Part shown: positions 1 to 9,392 of the stretch, piece after piece
How positions within the stretch are numbered: position 1 is the first letter of the stretch
Layout: every line of letters begins with the position of its first letter
DNA from: Phycisphaeraceae bacterium
GTDB lineage: Bacteria; Planctomycetota; Phycisphaerae; Phycisphaerales; Phycisphaeraceae
Reading direction: 5' to 3'
NCBI GenBank assembly: GCA_963674705.1
Contig: OY771506.1
Location: 1,280,001-1,344,000 of the forward strand
DNA length: 64,000 bases
Notes under the pieces: model-generated
The model's input: only the letters and a program-made list of their open reading frames with translations
Told to the model about the DNA's origin: nothing
Database searches by the model: none
Translations under genes and position numbers: made by a program

Positions 1-588
1 GGTTACAGCAATGCAACCGACCTGACTGTTTATAAACAGGTGCCCACAAGCAATTATGCCTTCAGCGCCACCATGCAGGTCGGTAACTATGGAGAATCCG
101 ACGAAATGCATTCGCTGTTTGGTTTTGACAATATCTTCGGCAACCTGCCCGGACAGATACCGCTTGGATCGACGATCAATAGCGCAACACTCAGCCTGTC
201 CAACACGGGAATCGCAATCCCCGCGGCGGGCGCGCTTTATCGTATGACCTCGCCCTGGATCGACCTGCTCGATACGTGGGATACGCTTGTCGATGGTGTG
301 AACAATAACCCACTTGGCGAGTATGATCCGACGCCTTCCTACAGCGGGCCCATCGGCAGCGGGCCGCTTGATGTCGCCAGCATTGTGCAGGACTGGTCTA
401 ACGGTGCGCCAAACTACGGCATCGCTTTCCTGCCTACCGCCACGGGCGTGCTTGCATTCGGCTCCAGCGACAACGCAAGCGTTGCCCACAGGCCTTACCT
501 CACAATCGATTACACCGTTCCCGAACCGACAGCCTTATCTATGATGGTACTAGGCGCAACACTGTGCGTGCGCCGGCGGCGGCGTTGA
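1..588 (+). CDS. PEP-CTERM sorting protein with DNRLRE-like domain (5' partial)
   Basis: Frame is open from base 1. C-terminus VPEPTALSMMVLGATLCVRRRRR is a PEP motif, TM helix and Arg cluster. SATLSL and DVASIVQDW...NYG...RPYLTIDY resemble the DNRLRE/TGF-beta-propeptide-like fold. Confidence 0.8.
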   Translation, partial: GYSNATDLTVYKQVPTSNYAFSATMQVGNYGESDEMHSLFGFDNIFGNLPGQIPLGSTINSATLSLSNTGIAIPAAGALYRMTSPWIDLLDTWDTLVDGVNNNPLGEYDPTPSYSGPIGSGPLDVASIVQDWSNGAPNYGIAFLPTATGVLAFGSSDNASVAHRPYLTIDYTVPEPTALSMMVLGATLCVRRRRR

Positions 589-617
589 CGATATCAATTG
601 CTCTGGAAGTAATTGTA

Positions 618-1877
618 TTACTCGCCACCCTCAAGTTGAGCGTCGTACTGGATTATCTGTCCCGGGACGAGGCGGTCGCATGCGATGGTAAGCATGCCGG
701 TGTTAGCGTCGGCGTTGATGAGGACGGTGCGCTCTTCGTTTGGGGCGAGACCGCGCAGGGAGGTGTCGGAGCGGATGGCGGCGATGGCGGGGTAGGCGTC
801 ATGGTAGATCGGGGCGACGCCGGCGTTGGTGATGGTGATGCGTGACTGGCGGCCGTTGGTTTGATAGTCGGTGATGACGAAGTGGTAGCCGGTCGCTAAG
901 GCTGCTTCGCGAATGCGCTCGACTGTTTGATATTTGAATTGATCGTTGGCGAGCATGTAGGTGATGTGGAAGCGTTTGGCGGCGCTTTCAAAAGGCTCAT
1001 CGTGCGGCCCGTTTGGCGCTAAAGCATTTTTCTGATCGTGGTGGTTGTAGTAGCTGAACTCCCCGCCGGCGGGCGCGGTGCGGTAGCGGTTGCGGTCGAA
1101 GAAGTTCCAGCAGGTTTCGTTGTGTTCGTTGTGCGAGCCGTGCATGAACGAATCGTCGAACAGGCCGAAGGAGAGTTTGAGCAGGTCGGGTTGATCCGCG
1201 AAAGGTGTGCGCTGCGTTTCGGCGGCGTCGATCGAGATGCTCCAAGGCGTGTTGCGGAAAACCGCGTGCAGGTGCCGCAGGAACATCGCCTGGTATTCCT
1301 TGGACGGGAAGGTCTTGCCGAGTTGCATCGGCCCGTCGTAGATGTGGTACTCCGCCCACAGCCCGAAGCCGACCTGCACGAACGCGAGACGCGGGTCGTT
1401 GTCGTAGCGCTTGGCGAACTGCGTGTAGAAGTCGAGCGCGAAAGCTTGTAAGGCCGGGTGCGACCAGTCGCAGAACGCGGTGTCGTTGCCTTCGCTCTTG
1501 GCGATCACTTCGTGATAGTCCGGCAACTTCTTGATCGAATCCGGCACAGCGGTCTGTTTGTAGCCGGGATAGATAAAACGGAATCGCAGGATCGCCTGGT
1601 GCTGTCGCGATGCTACTTCGTCGAGAAGATCATCGACCGCCGACCAGTCGTACTTGCCATCGGCATCGACAACCTGGTTATACAGCATGTAAGAAAACTC
1701 AAGCTGGATCGCATCGGAATCCGCGTGTTCGTTGTCATGCCAGACGACCATGCCGGTCATGGGCTGAACATGGTCGACTGTCGATTGCAACGCGACGGGT
1801 TGCCAGTCGTCGGCGTGTGCGAGGCTCGTTAAGAGGATGGCAAGGCAGGCGGTGATAAGGGGGTGTTTGATAGACAT
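618..1877 (-). CDS. Secreted DUF4832-type glycoside hydrolase-like protein
   Basis: Signal peptide ending AHA-DD. Motifs YDWSAVD, YDNDPRLAFVQVGFGLWAEYH, GGEFSYY and NAGVAPIY. Start placed at MSIKHP. Confidence 0.65.
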   Translation of the reverse strand: MSIKHPLITACLAILLTSLAHADDWQPVALQSTVDHVQPMTGMVVWHDNEHADSDAIQLEFSYMLYNQVVDADGKYDWSAVDDLLDEVASRQHQAILRFRFIYPGYKQTAVPDSIKKLPDYHEVIAKSEGNDTAFCDWSHPALQAFALDFYTQFAKRYDNDPRLAFVQVGFGLWAEYHIYDGPMQLGKTFPSKEYQAMFLRHLHAVFRNTPWSISIDAAETQRTPFADQPDLLKLSFGLFDDSFMHGSHNEHNETCWNFFDRNRYRTAPAGGEFSYYNHHDQKNALAPNGPHDEPFESAAKRFHITYMLANDQFKYQTVERIREAALATGYHFVITDYQTNGRQSRITITNAGVAPIYHDAYPAIAAIRSDTSLRGLAPNEERTVLINADANTGMLTIACDRLVPGQIIQYDAQLEGGE

Positions 1878-2154
1878 GCTCACTATGACAACAGAATTCG
1901 GCGATGGGTACAAAAGCGACGCACGGATTTCGGCCTTTTTTGATCGGTAGCGGGTCCGAAAGCTTCATGCACACCCCCCGCCTCAGCCGACATTACCCCT
2001 ATGAACTCCGCCCGATAACCCCCGCCGGACCTTCCGGCGCCGGTAGGACGCTCGGCTTGTCGGTGGGCGGCTCCGGTTCGCCCCGCACGCATGACAACTT
2101 TGATCGCGGTCGCATCAGGCGCGCAGCCGGGACCCAGATGGGAAGTGTCAGATA

Positions 2155-2958
2155 ATGATCGAACCAAGTGCAGAACCGCCCGCCGACACTCGCCACGACG
2201 CCCCCAAGCAGGTCACGCTTGGGCGGAGGGTCAAGACGATGGCCGAGGGTGTCCTGCGCCACTGCCCCTTTGCGTTCCGGCTGGCCTCAAAGCTCTACCA
2301 CAAGGTGAACGGCTCCTACCGGACCCTGAGCCCGGGTGCGCCCGAAGCGATCCGAAAATCATTTCAGTACCTGATGCAGCAGAACGGCGGCGTTACCGGC
2401 GACTACTACGAGTTCGGCCTCTTCCGCGGATACACGTTGGAGCAGGCTTGGCAACATTGCAGGGAGCTCGGGCTTGGCGACCTGCACTTCCACGGCTTCG
2501 ATTCTTTCGTCGGCCTCCCCCCCGCTACTGGGATCGATCAGGCCGAGGGTCGCTTCTTCAAAGGGCAGTTCGCCTGCTCGCTGAAAGCAGTCAAAGCGAA
2601 TCTGAAGTCCAAAGGGGTCGATCTTGGCCAGGTCAACCTGATTAAAGGGTATTACGAAGACAGCCTGACGCCGGCGCTGCGGGAGCAGTACACGTTCAAG
2701 CCCGCGGCGGTTGTCATGCTGGATTGCGATTATTATTCGTCCACCACGACCGCGTTGAACTGGATGGAGCCATACCTCCGGCCGGGGACGATCCTGTTGT
2801 TTGATGACTGGTACGCTTTTGGCGGTTCGGAAGAACTCGGCCAGCAGAAGGCTTATCGCGAGTTCCTTGAGCGTCACCCGGAGTACCAGTCCGAGGCCTT
2901 GTGGGAGTTCAAGGACAACGGCAAAGCGTTCGTGTTACGGGACGCCGGCCGGGCCTGA
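2155..2958 (+). CDS. TylF/MycF family O-methyltransferase
   Basis: Motifs GDYYEFG, GFDSFVGLP, LDCDYYSST and FDDW. Confidence 0.85.
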   Translation: MIEPSAEPPADTRHDAPKQVTLGRRVKTMAEGVLRHCPFAFRLASKLYHKVNGSYRTLSPGAPEAIRKSFQYLMQQNGGVTGDYYEFGLFRGYTLEQAWQHCRELGLGDLHFHGFDSFVGLPPATGIDQAEGRFFKGQFACSLKAVKANLKSKGVDLGQVNLIKGYYEDSLTPALREQYTFKPAAVVMLDCDYYSSTTTALNWMEPYLRPGTILLFDDWYAFGGSEELGQQKAYREFLERHPEYQSEALWEFKDNGKAFVLRDAGRA

Positions 2959-3286
2959 GCAAGCCGACGCGCCCGCAGCTTGCGCGGATTTTGGGGATTG
3001 GGAGAGGGGATGGCGATGAAGTGTGGCTCTGGGTATAGACCGATCGGCTTTATGTTTATATCTTGGTTGTATGGATAATCCGGGAAAACAAGCGGCGCGA
3101 CCTGTCAAAAGCCCGATCAAAGAATCACCACTGCCTCAGCCCGGTGATCAGGCCGGAATATGTCGCGCTGTATCAATCCCGATTGGCGATGCACATCAGA
3201 AACAATCAGCACGTTAATGTAGTTGAGAATGTATTTGAGATGGGTACTCGAACACAACCGCTCGTTGCACGTTAAACCAACAACCA

Positions 3287-3322
3287 GCACATTTTGCCCT
3301 GCGGGTCAAAATGTGGCACCCG
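3287..3322. repeat. Palindromic repeat family A (CACATTTTG-N-CAAAATGTGGC)
   Basis: gcacattttgccctgcgggtcaaaatgtggcacccg. Near-identical copy at about 4979-5014, variants at about 5118-5146 and inverted at about 4889-4925. Confidence 0.8.
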
Positions 3323-3409
3323 GCGATGATGAGGGGATGTTTGATGGGCATGCCTACTATCACAACATATTTATGCCTTCAGGACAAAACGTAGTACTCT
3401 GCTTGAATC

Positions 3410-3835
3410 TTATTCATCTTCGTTGAACTCGCCGACGTCCCACTCTTCATCATCGCTGAGGTCTACGTAATATTTACAATGGCGACACTCCTGCACGGTC
3501 CCTTTCAGGCTGGCTGGGAACGTCATTGTCTTACCGCACGACTCGCAGACGACTTCGAGCGTATCGCCTTGTTTTGATTTTTCCGCTTTTCGTTGATCGC
3601 GGCCTTTGGCGACGTACTCTTCGATCAAGGCTTTGGCCTGCTCCCCGTGGACACGGTCTACCCAGACCTCCGAGTTGTGGATGCCGGCCAGACCGCCCAG
3701 GAACCAGTTGCCTGTTACGGAGTTGTCTTCATGAGCCACCGCGGGGATGCCCTGTGATTCGAGGTAGAGCTGGGCCATGCGTGCGTCTTGATTGCTCTCG
3801 GCCTTGTAAATCGAAACTGGATCGGAAAGCTCCAT
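3410..3835 (-). CDS. DUF2007 (putative signal-transducing) protein with C-terminal Zn ribbon
   Basis: A.MAQLYLESQGIPA...EVWV...AKALI pattern, followed by CESCG...CRHC. Confidence 0.75.
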   Translation of the reverse strand: MELSDPVSIYKAESNQDARMAQLYLESQGIPAVAHEDNSVTGNWFLGGLAGIHNSEVWVDRVHGEQAKALIEEYVAKGRDQRKAEKSKQGDTLEVVCESCGKTMTFPASLKGTVQECRHCKYYVDLSDDEEWDVGEFNEDE

Positions 3836-4135
3836 GCGTACCACCTGTTACAACTGATATAAACCATACGAACCTCGGTTGACTCCTTAGCCGAACCGGT
3901 TGGCATTAGTGTAACGCAATCAACTGAGAATCTGTAGAAGCGTGTTGCAGATTTCAGTTTTCGGTATGGGTGATATGACAACATATTTGGGGGCACGCCA
4001 CAATATGGGAATTAGCCACGGATGAAGAAGAAGCGGGGTATGCGCAGATTTTGGGGATTGGAAAATGGAGCGGTGAGGAAGGTAGTGCGTGCGTTTTGCG
4101 CTATAAGGCGAAATACAGCGCCTCTGCTCATTGTC

Positions 4136-4705
4136 TCAAGTAATCTTCAGGTCTTTTTCAGGGTAGCGCTTGAAGTGTGATTCATACATGTTCGCATAGT
4201 TCGAGAACAACTGGCATCGTGTGATGTAGTTGTATCCTATTTTGCCGGTGTCGGATTCCCATTCGGCTGTCACGTTGAAGTAATGCAGATGGACTTCATA
4301 ATCATTGAGCCTGGCGATTCGGCCGAGGAAGAATAAATCATCTTCGGGATGTTCATCTTCAAGGATGATTAGTTTGTTTTGAGCCTGTATATGAGTCAGA
4401 AGTGCTTGCCAGTTGGATAATGGATATTGGGGGACGGCTTGCAGGTTACTAAGGCATCCTTCTTCCTCCAACATCTGCAGATGAAGCTCGTTGGTCTCGC
4501 CTGAGTCAATGGATGTGATGTCTTTGATGCTCAGGACCTGTAGACCATCCCATACAAAGTCGCTTAGGTGGCGGATGATCAGCAGTTCGTTTGAATAGTC
4601 CAGGACTATTCCGTGAACAGAAGCATCAGTGATATCGTCGCGTTCGATGGAAACTAAATCGCCATCACGCCGATAGCTTTCCAGTATGGAGGATAACTCG
4701 GACAT
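4136..4705 (-). CDS. Hypothetical protein (lower GC, possibly two repeated beta domains)
   Basis: 189-aa ORF with gaggttgt RBS upstream. No motif recognised. Confidence 0.7.
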   Translation of the reverse strand: MSELSSILESYRRDGDLVSIERDDITDASVHGIVLDYSNELLIIRHLSDFVWDGLQVLSIKDITSIDSGETNELHLQMLEEEGCLSNLQAVPQYPLSNWQALLTHIQAQNKLIILEDEHPEDDLFFLGRIARLNDYEVHLHYFNVTAEWESDTGKIGYNYITRCQLFSNYANMYESHFKRYPEKDLKIT

Positions 4706-5153
4706 ACAACCTCACAACGATATCTTATCAAGGCTTCTGGAAGCATAATACCATCCCCGCGACGGTCAGGGAAAATGTACTTATCCCTTATTGTCAACAG
4801 CACAAGATGTCACGGCGTGCTTAGAAGAAAGGTTCTTCGTGGTCGTATGTCTTGACTGTAAAGTACGACGTCTCCGGCTCCTTGTAGCCGGGTGCCACAC
4901 TTTGACGGCCCCGCCGCAAAGTGTGTGGTTGTTCACGTGGTTGGGGTGTGCAGTATTCAGTTCAATTTTCTATGTTACGCACATTTTGCCCTTCGGATCA
5001 AAATGTGGCACCCGGCCACGGATGAACACGGATAAACACGGATGGGGAAGAAGAGGGGTATCCGCAGATGGCGCAGATTTTGGGGATTGGGGTGGAGGTA
5101 GTGTGGGTTACAAATGGGATATTTTCCCTGCGGATCAAAATGTGGCGATCCGG

Positions 5154-5591
5154 TTACTCATATGAATGAACGACAATATATTTATTTTGTAACAATGCAT
5201 CACGGCACATACGCAGTAATACGTCTAGAGCTTTTTCGGGAGGATTCTCTTCGTGCCAAGTGAGTTCTTCCTCATATCCCGCCCACGCAGTAGCTACGCT
5301 CGCTATCTGGTCCGTGTGTATGGATGCGATTTCTCTAACAACAGTGGGGCTTAATACAGAGGCAAATTCTAGGCCGTCGGTCGACTCCGCATGACTTATT
5401 TCTGTTTCGTCAAGCAACGATTCAAAGTTGGCATCGAAGTCTACGCCACGTATAACAGCTAATAAAGACGCAACCTGATCTGACATAAAACCGATGTCTA
5501 CGGCGTATCCATTTGCACTATCTACTCTAGAACCGAGTACAACCGATGCGTTTTTGTCGTCCAAGATTTTTAAGTTATGTATATAAGCCAT
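5154..5591 (-). CDS. Hypothetical acidic protein
   Basis: Lower-GC ORF starting a few bases after the murC stop (MAYIHNL...). Confidence 0.6.
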   Translation of the reverse strand: MAYIHNLKILDDKNASVVLGSRVDSANGYAVDIGFMSDQVASLLAVIRGVDFDANFESLLDETEISHAESTDGLEFASVLSPTVVREIASIHTDQIASVATAWAGYEEELTWHEENPPEKALDVLLRMCRDALLQNKYIVVHSYE

Positions 5592-5598
5592 ATAGCGT

Positions 5599-7170
5599 TT
5601 AACGATTGTTGGGCCGTAAATAATCCCTCGCCACCTGCCACACATCCCCAGCGCCCATGGTGACGACCAGGTCGCCGGGGCGGGTGATCAACTCTAGTTG
5701 TTCGACGATGGCGGCGAAGGGGTAGAGGTGCATGGCGGCGACGCCTTTTTCTCTCAGGCGGTCGACGAGGTCGCCGGCGGTGACGGCGTGGCGTTCCTTC
5801 TCCGAGTCGCGGACGAAGTAGATGTGCGGGACGATGACGGTGTCGGCGCTACTGAAACTGACGGCGAACTCGTCCATGAAGAAGCGGGTTCGGCTGTGCT
5901 GGTGGGGCTGGAAGACGCAGATGAGGCGGTTGGGTTCGTAGTGGTGGCGCAGGGCGCGGAGGGTGGTGTCGACTTCGGTGGGGTGGTGGCCGTAGTCGTC
6001 GACGACGGTGACGACCTTGTCGCGCGGGGTGTTGCGGTCGACGGGTTTGCCATCGGGGGATTTGGCGCCCATCCATTGCATGCGTCGGTCGAGGCCGGTG
6101 AAGGACTCGATGGCTTTGGCGATGTCGGGCCAGTCGGCGCCGAGGCGATGCGCGGTGATGGCGGCGACGGCGGCGTTGTAGGCCATGTGTTCGCCGGGCA
6201 TGGGGGAGGTCCAGTCCATGACGCCGGCGGAATCATCATCACCGTGATGCAGGCGGACTTGGTCGCCCTTGATGCCGACGCGCCAGTCGGCCTGGTAGGA
6301 GAAGCCGATGGTCTCGACGTGGCAGTTGAGTTCGGCGGTGATGGGCAGGCGGTGAGGCATTTCGTGGTTGATGAGGAGTGTGCCGCCTGATTCGGGTGAA
6401 GTGCCGGAAGAGGTCCGGACCTTCGCTTCGCTCAGAGCCGGCGTTGGGGGAGAGTCAGGTGTATCAGATGGAGAAGTCTTCCGGGGGGGGATGCGTTCGG
6501 CGAAGACTTTGAAAGACTCGACGATCTCGTCGAGGGAGCTGTATAAGTCCAGGTGGTCGGCTTCGACGTTGAGGATGGTGGCGTGAGTCGGGTGGAAGTT
6601 GTGGAAGGAGCGGTCGTACTCGCATGCCTCGGCGACGAGGATGTCGGATTCGCCGACGCGCACACCCCCGCCGATCTGCCGGCAGTTGGCGCCGACGATG
6701 AAGGACGGGTCGAGGCCGGTCTGGATGAGGATGTGGCTGAGCATGGACGTGGTGGTGGATTTGCCGTGCGTCCCGGCGATGGCGACGCCTGTCCGGCCGA
6801 TCATCAGCTCGCCCAGCATGGCGGCATACTTCTTGACAGCGATACCCCGCCGCACGGCCTCGGCAAGCTCGGGATGATCGGGCTTGATCGCGGCCGAGAT
6901 GACGACCAGCTCGACATCGTCGGGCAAACTCTCGGCGGATTGTTCGAGGACGACGGGGATGTCATCCGACTGAAGCGAGTTCACCGTCGCGGAGGTCTTG
7001 AGATCGGAGCCGGAGCAGTGTGCGCCGAGGTGCTTGGCCAGGCGTGCCAGCCCGGACATCCCGCAGCCGCCGATCCCGATGAAGTGGACACGTTTACCCG
7101 CTAATAGAGGCGCGGCGGCGCTGGGGCTGTCGGCGGACGGGGCTTGATCGCGAATAGGAGTAGACATCAT
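5599..7170 (-). CDS. murC: UDP-N-acetylmuramate--L-alanine ligase
   Basis: Motifs HFIGIGGCGMSGLA, AGTHGKSTTT, EACEYDRSF, DHLD, DDYGHHPTE, FQPHQHSRT and TMGAGDV. Confidence 0.95.
   Translation of the reverse strand: MMSTPIRDQAPSADSPSAAAPLLAGKRVHFIGIGGCGMSGLARLAKHLGAHCSGSDLKTSATVNSLQSDDIPVVLEQSAESLPDDVELVVISAAIKPDHPELAEAVRRGIAVKKYAAMLGELMIGRTGVAIAGTHGKSTTTSMLSHILIQTGLDPSFIVGANCRQIGGGVRVGESDILVAEACEYDRSFHNFHPTHATILNVEADHLDLYSSLDEIVESFKVFAERIPPRKTSPSDTPDSPPTPALSEAKVRTSSGTSPESGGTLLINHEMPHRLPITAELNCHVETIGFSYQADWRVGIKGDQVRLHHGDDDSAGVMDWTSPMPGEHMAYNAAVAAITAHRLGADWPDIAKAIESFTGLDRRMQWMGAKSPDGKPVDRNTPRDKVVTVVDDYGHHPTEVDTTLRALRHHYEPNRLICVFQPHQHSRTRFFMDEFAVSFSSADTVIVPHIYFVRDSEKERHAVTAGDLVDRLREKGVAAMHLYPFAAIVEQLELITRPGDLVVTMGAGDVWQVARDYLRPNNR
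6415..6451. repeat. Repeat family B copy inside the murC coding sequence
   Basis: ccggaccttcgcttcgctcagagccggcgttggggga matches the intergenic copies at 7368, 36026 and 60968 with 2 mismatches in the core. Confidence 0.85.
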
Positions 7171-7247
7171 GAGGATTGTATCGGTGGTGTTGGGGTTTGG
7201 GGGTTAGGGATTGGGGAAGGTCACAGGAAAGCAGGAAATATGATCCT

Positions 7248-7324
7248 CCGATACCCGATACCCGATACCCGATACCCGATACCCGATACCCGATACCCGA
7301 TACCCGATACCCGATACCCGATAC
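7248..7324. repeat. Perfect heptamer tandem repeat (CCGATAC)x11
   Basis: Counted directly. A shorter run of the same unit lies at about 61053-61077. Confidence 0.95.
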
Positions 7325-7367
7325 CCGTCTCCTGCTCTCCTGATCTACAATCTCCTTCTCATCCGGC

Positions 7368-7405
7368 CCGGCCCTTCGCTTCGCTCAGAACCGGCGTTGG
7401 GGGGG
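7368..7405. repeat. Repeat family B (CCGGCCCTTCGCTTCGCTCAGAACCGGCGTTGGGGG)
   Basis: Identical cores at 36026-36061 and 60968-61004. Confidence 0.9.
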
Positions 7406-7500
7406 AAGCCATTAGCCTTTAGAGATCAGCCATTAGCAATACCATTCCCACACCCCACACCCAATCCACCCCCGATCCCTAATGCCGCTATGATAAACAC

Positions 7501-9210
7501 ATGAGCGACTTCCTTGGCGACTTCTGTCTGGTACTGCACGGCCACCTTCCTTATGTGCTGCGGCATGGCACCTGGCCTCACGGCGAGGACTGGCTATATG
7601 AAGCGGCGGCAGAGACTTACCTGCCTTTGCTGGCGATGGTGGATGAGTGCGTGTTCTTCAATGCCCTGCCCAAGGTCACGATGGGTCTGACGCCTGTCCT
7701 GCTTGAGCAGCTTAGCCATGAGCACTTCAAGAAGGGCTTCGAGCATTACCTTGAGGATCGCGTGCAGCAGGCGACGTACGATCTGGGTGACTTCAAGCGC
7801 ATCGACAACGGGCACATGGCTTTCCTGGCGGAGCAGTGGATCAAGACATTCACCGGCTTGCAGGAACAGTTCAAGAAGATGGATCGGGATATCCCCGGTG
7901 CGTTCGCCAAGCAGGCGAAGGCCGGGTACCTGGAAATCCTAACCAGCAACGCGACGCACGGCTATATGCCGCTTTTGTATCACGATGACTCGATCCGCGC
8001 GCAGATCCGTGCGGGTGTGGCGTCGAGCGAGCGGATCCTTGGGTTCAAGCCGACGGGCATGTGGCTGCCGGAGTGCGCGTATCGACCGAGCGGCGACTGG
8101 GACCCGCCGATCCACTGGGGCCGGGTGCATGGGCGCGTGGGCATCGAGCACCTGGTTGCCGACGAAGGGATCACGCACTTCTTCGTGGAGAACCACCTGA
8201 TCCAGAACAGCCGAAGCGAACAGGTCTACAACAACGACCAGTGGTGGAAGGTCGGCTGGGACGAGGCGGTGAAGTATCCGAGCCGGGGTTGGCGCAGCGT
8301 GAACGAGCCGCATGGTGTGAATTCGGACGGCACGGGTCTGGCGCGCGTCGCGGCGTTTGCGCGCGATCCGGATGTGTGCGAAAGCGTCTGGTCGGGCGAC
8401 ATCGGTTATCCGGCCGACGGTGTGTATCTTGAATTCCACAAAACGTGGAGCCCGAAGCGCGGCCTGCGCTACTGGAAGGTCACGGGTAAGAAGACGGACC
8501 TCGGCGACAAGCACCTGTACTATCCGGACAACGTCCCCGGCAAGCTGCACGAGCATGCGCAGGACTTTGTGAACAAGATCAAGGGTCGTCTGTACGAATA
8601 CCGCGAGATGACGGGGCGCTGCGGCATGGTGACGGCGACGTTCGATGCGGAGCTGTTCGGGCACTGGTGGTATGAAGGGCCGAAGTTCCTGCGCGACGTG
8701 ATGCTGACGCTGAACGCGGACCCGCAGATCGGCGTGTGCACGACGAACGAATATCTTGAAAAGACGTTCGTGGATAAGGTTGTCGCGCTGCCCGAGGGTT
8801 CGTGGGGCGATAAGGGCGATCACCGCGTGTGGGCGAACGAGCAGGTCAACTGGATGTGGGACATCGAGTACCGCTGCGAGACGAACTTCTTAAGGTTTGT
8901 GCGTGAGCTTCCCTGGAAAGAGAATAAGGAAGTGCACGAGCTACTGAAGAAAGCCGGGCGCGAGTTGCTATTGCTCCAGGCAAGCGACTGGCCGTTCGTG
9001 ATCCGTCGCGGGCAGGCGGTGGACTACGGCATCAAACGCTACATGCAGCACGTCGCACGCTTCGAGAGCCTGACCGATATTGCTGAAAAGGTTGCGGCCG
9101 ACAACGAATACCTGGGCAAGCTGACCGAGGTCGAGAAGTTCGAGATCCAGGAAGCGGAAATCCACGATGTGATCTTCCCCGAGATCGATCTGAACTGGTG
9201 GAAGTCATAG
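7501..9210 (+). CDS. Glycoside hydrolase family 57, 1,4-alpha-glucan branching enzyme type (DUF1957)
   Basis: Motifs LHGHLPYV, ETYLP, ATHGYMP, GMWLPECAY (nucleophile), FDAELFGHWWYEG and LLLQASDWPF. Confidence 0.92.
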   Translation: MSDFLGDFCLVLHGHLPYVLRHGTWPHGEDWLYEAAAETYLPLLAMVDECVFFNALPKVTMGLTPVLLEQLSHEHFKKGFEHYLEDRVQQATYDLGDFKRIDNGHMAFLAEQWIKTFTGLQEQFKKMDRDIPGAFAKQAKAGYLEILTSNATHGYMPLLYHDDSIRAQIRAGVASSERILGFKPTGMWLPECAYRPSGDWDPPIHWGRVHGRVGIEHLVADEGITHFFVENHLIQNSRSEQVYNNDQWWKVGWDEAVKYPSRGWRSVNEPHGVNSDGTGLARVAAFARDPDVCESVWSGDIGYPADGVYLEFHKTWSPKRGLRYWKVTGKKTDLGDKHLYYPDNVPGKLHEHAQDFVNKIKGRLYEYREMTGRCGMVTATFDAELFGHWWYEGPKFLRDVMLTLNADPQIGVCTTNEYLEKTFVDKVVALPEGSWGDKGDHRVWANEQVNWMWDIEYRCETNFLRFVRELPWKENKEVHELLKKAGRELLLLQASDWPFVIRRGQAVDYGIKRYMQHVARFESLTDIAEKVAADNEYLGKLTEVEKFEIQEAEIHDVIFPEIDLNWWKS

Positions 9211-9217
9211 AAGAGAT

Positions 9218-9385
9218 TCACCGCGGAGTACGCAGAGACGCAGAGGAGGGGAACAGGGATAAACACAGATGAACACAGATGGGATTGAGTGTGCAACCTC
9301 TTAACCCATAAAATTCTTATCCGTGTTTATCTGTGTTCATCCCTGTTAATCATGTTTTTCTCTGTGCCTCTGTGTCTCCGTGGTT
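9218..9385. repeat. Repeat family C, nested inverted repeats (ACACAGATGAACACAGAT / CCGCAGAGACGCAGAG types)
   Basis: Left arms ccgcggagtacgcagagacgcagag and aacagggataaacacagatgaacacagat are mirrored by atccgtgtttatctgtgttcatccctgtt and ctctgtgcctctgtgtctccgtgg. Related blocks at about 4015, 5015, 40412, 53291, 53510, 62777 and 63010. Confidence 0.85.
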
Positions 9386-9392
9386 CAAAATC

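Noticed and set aside
1914..2154. Riboswitch upstream of the TylF-like gene
   Set aside because: GC-rich hairpins are possible, but no recognisable aptamer consensus or terminator was found.
2960..5600. Integron cassette array
   Set aside because: No RYYYAAC...GTTRRRY attC boundaries were seen after the stop codons, and there is no tyrosine integrase.
5698..7104. Long plus-strand ORFs opposite murC, and similar antisense ORFs across the window
   Set aside because: Typical stop-poor shadow frames of high-GC genes with no recognisable motifs.
7248..7324. Tandem arrays here and at 36078-36168 as CRISPR arrays
   Set aside because: They are 7-bp units with no unique spacers, and no cas genes are present in the window.
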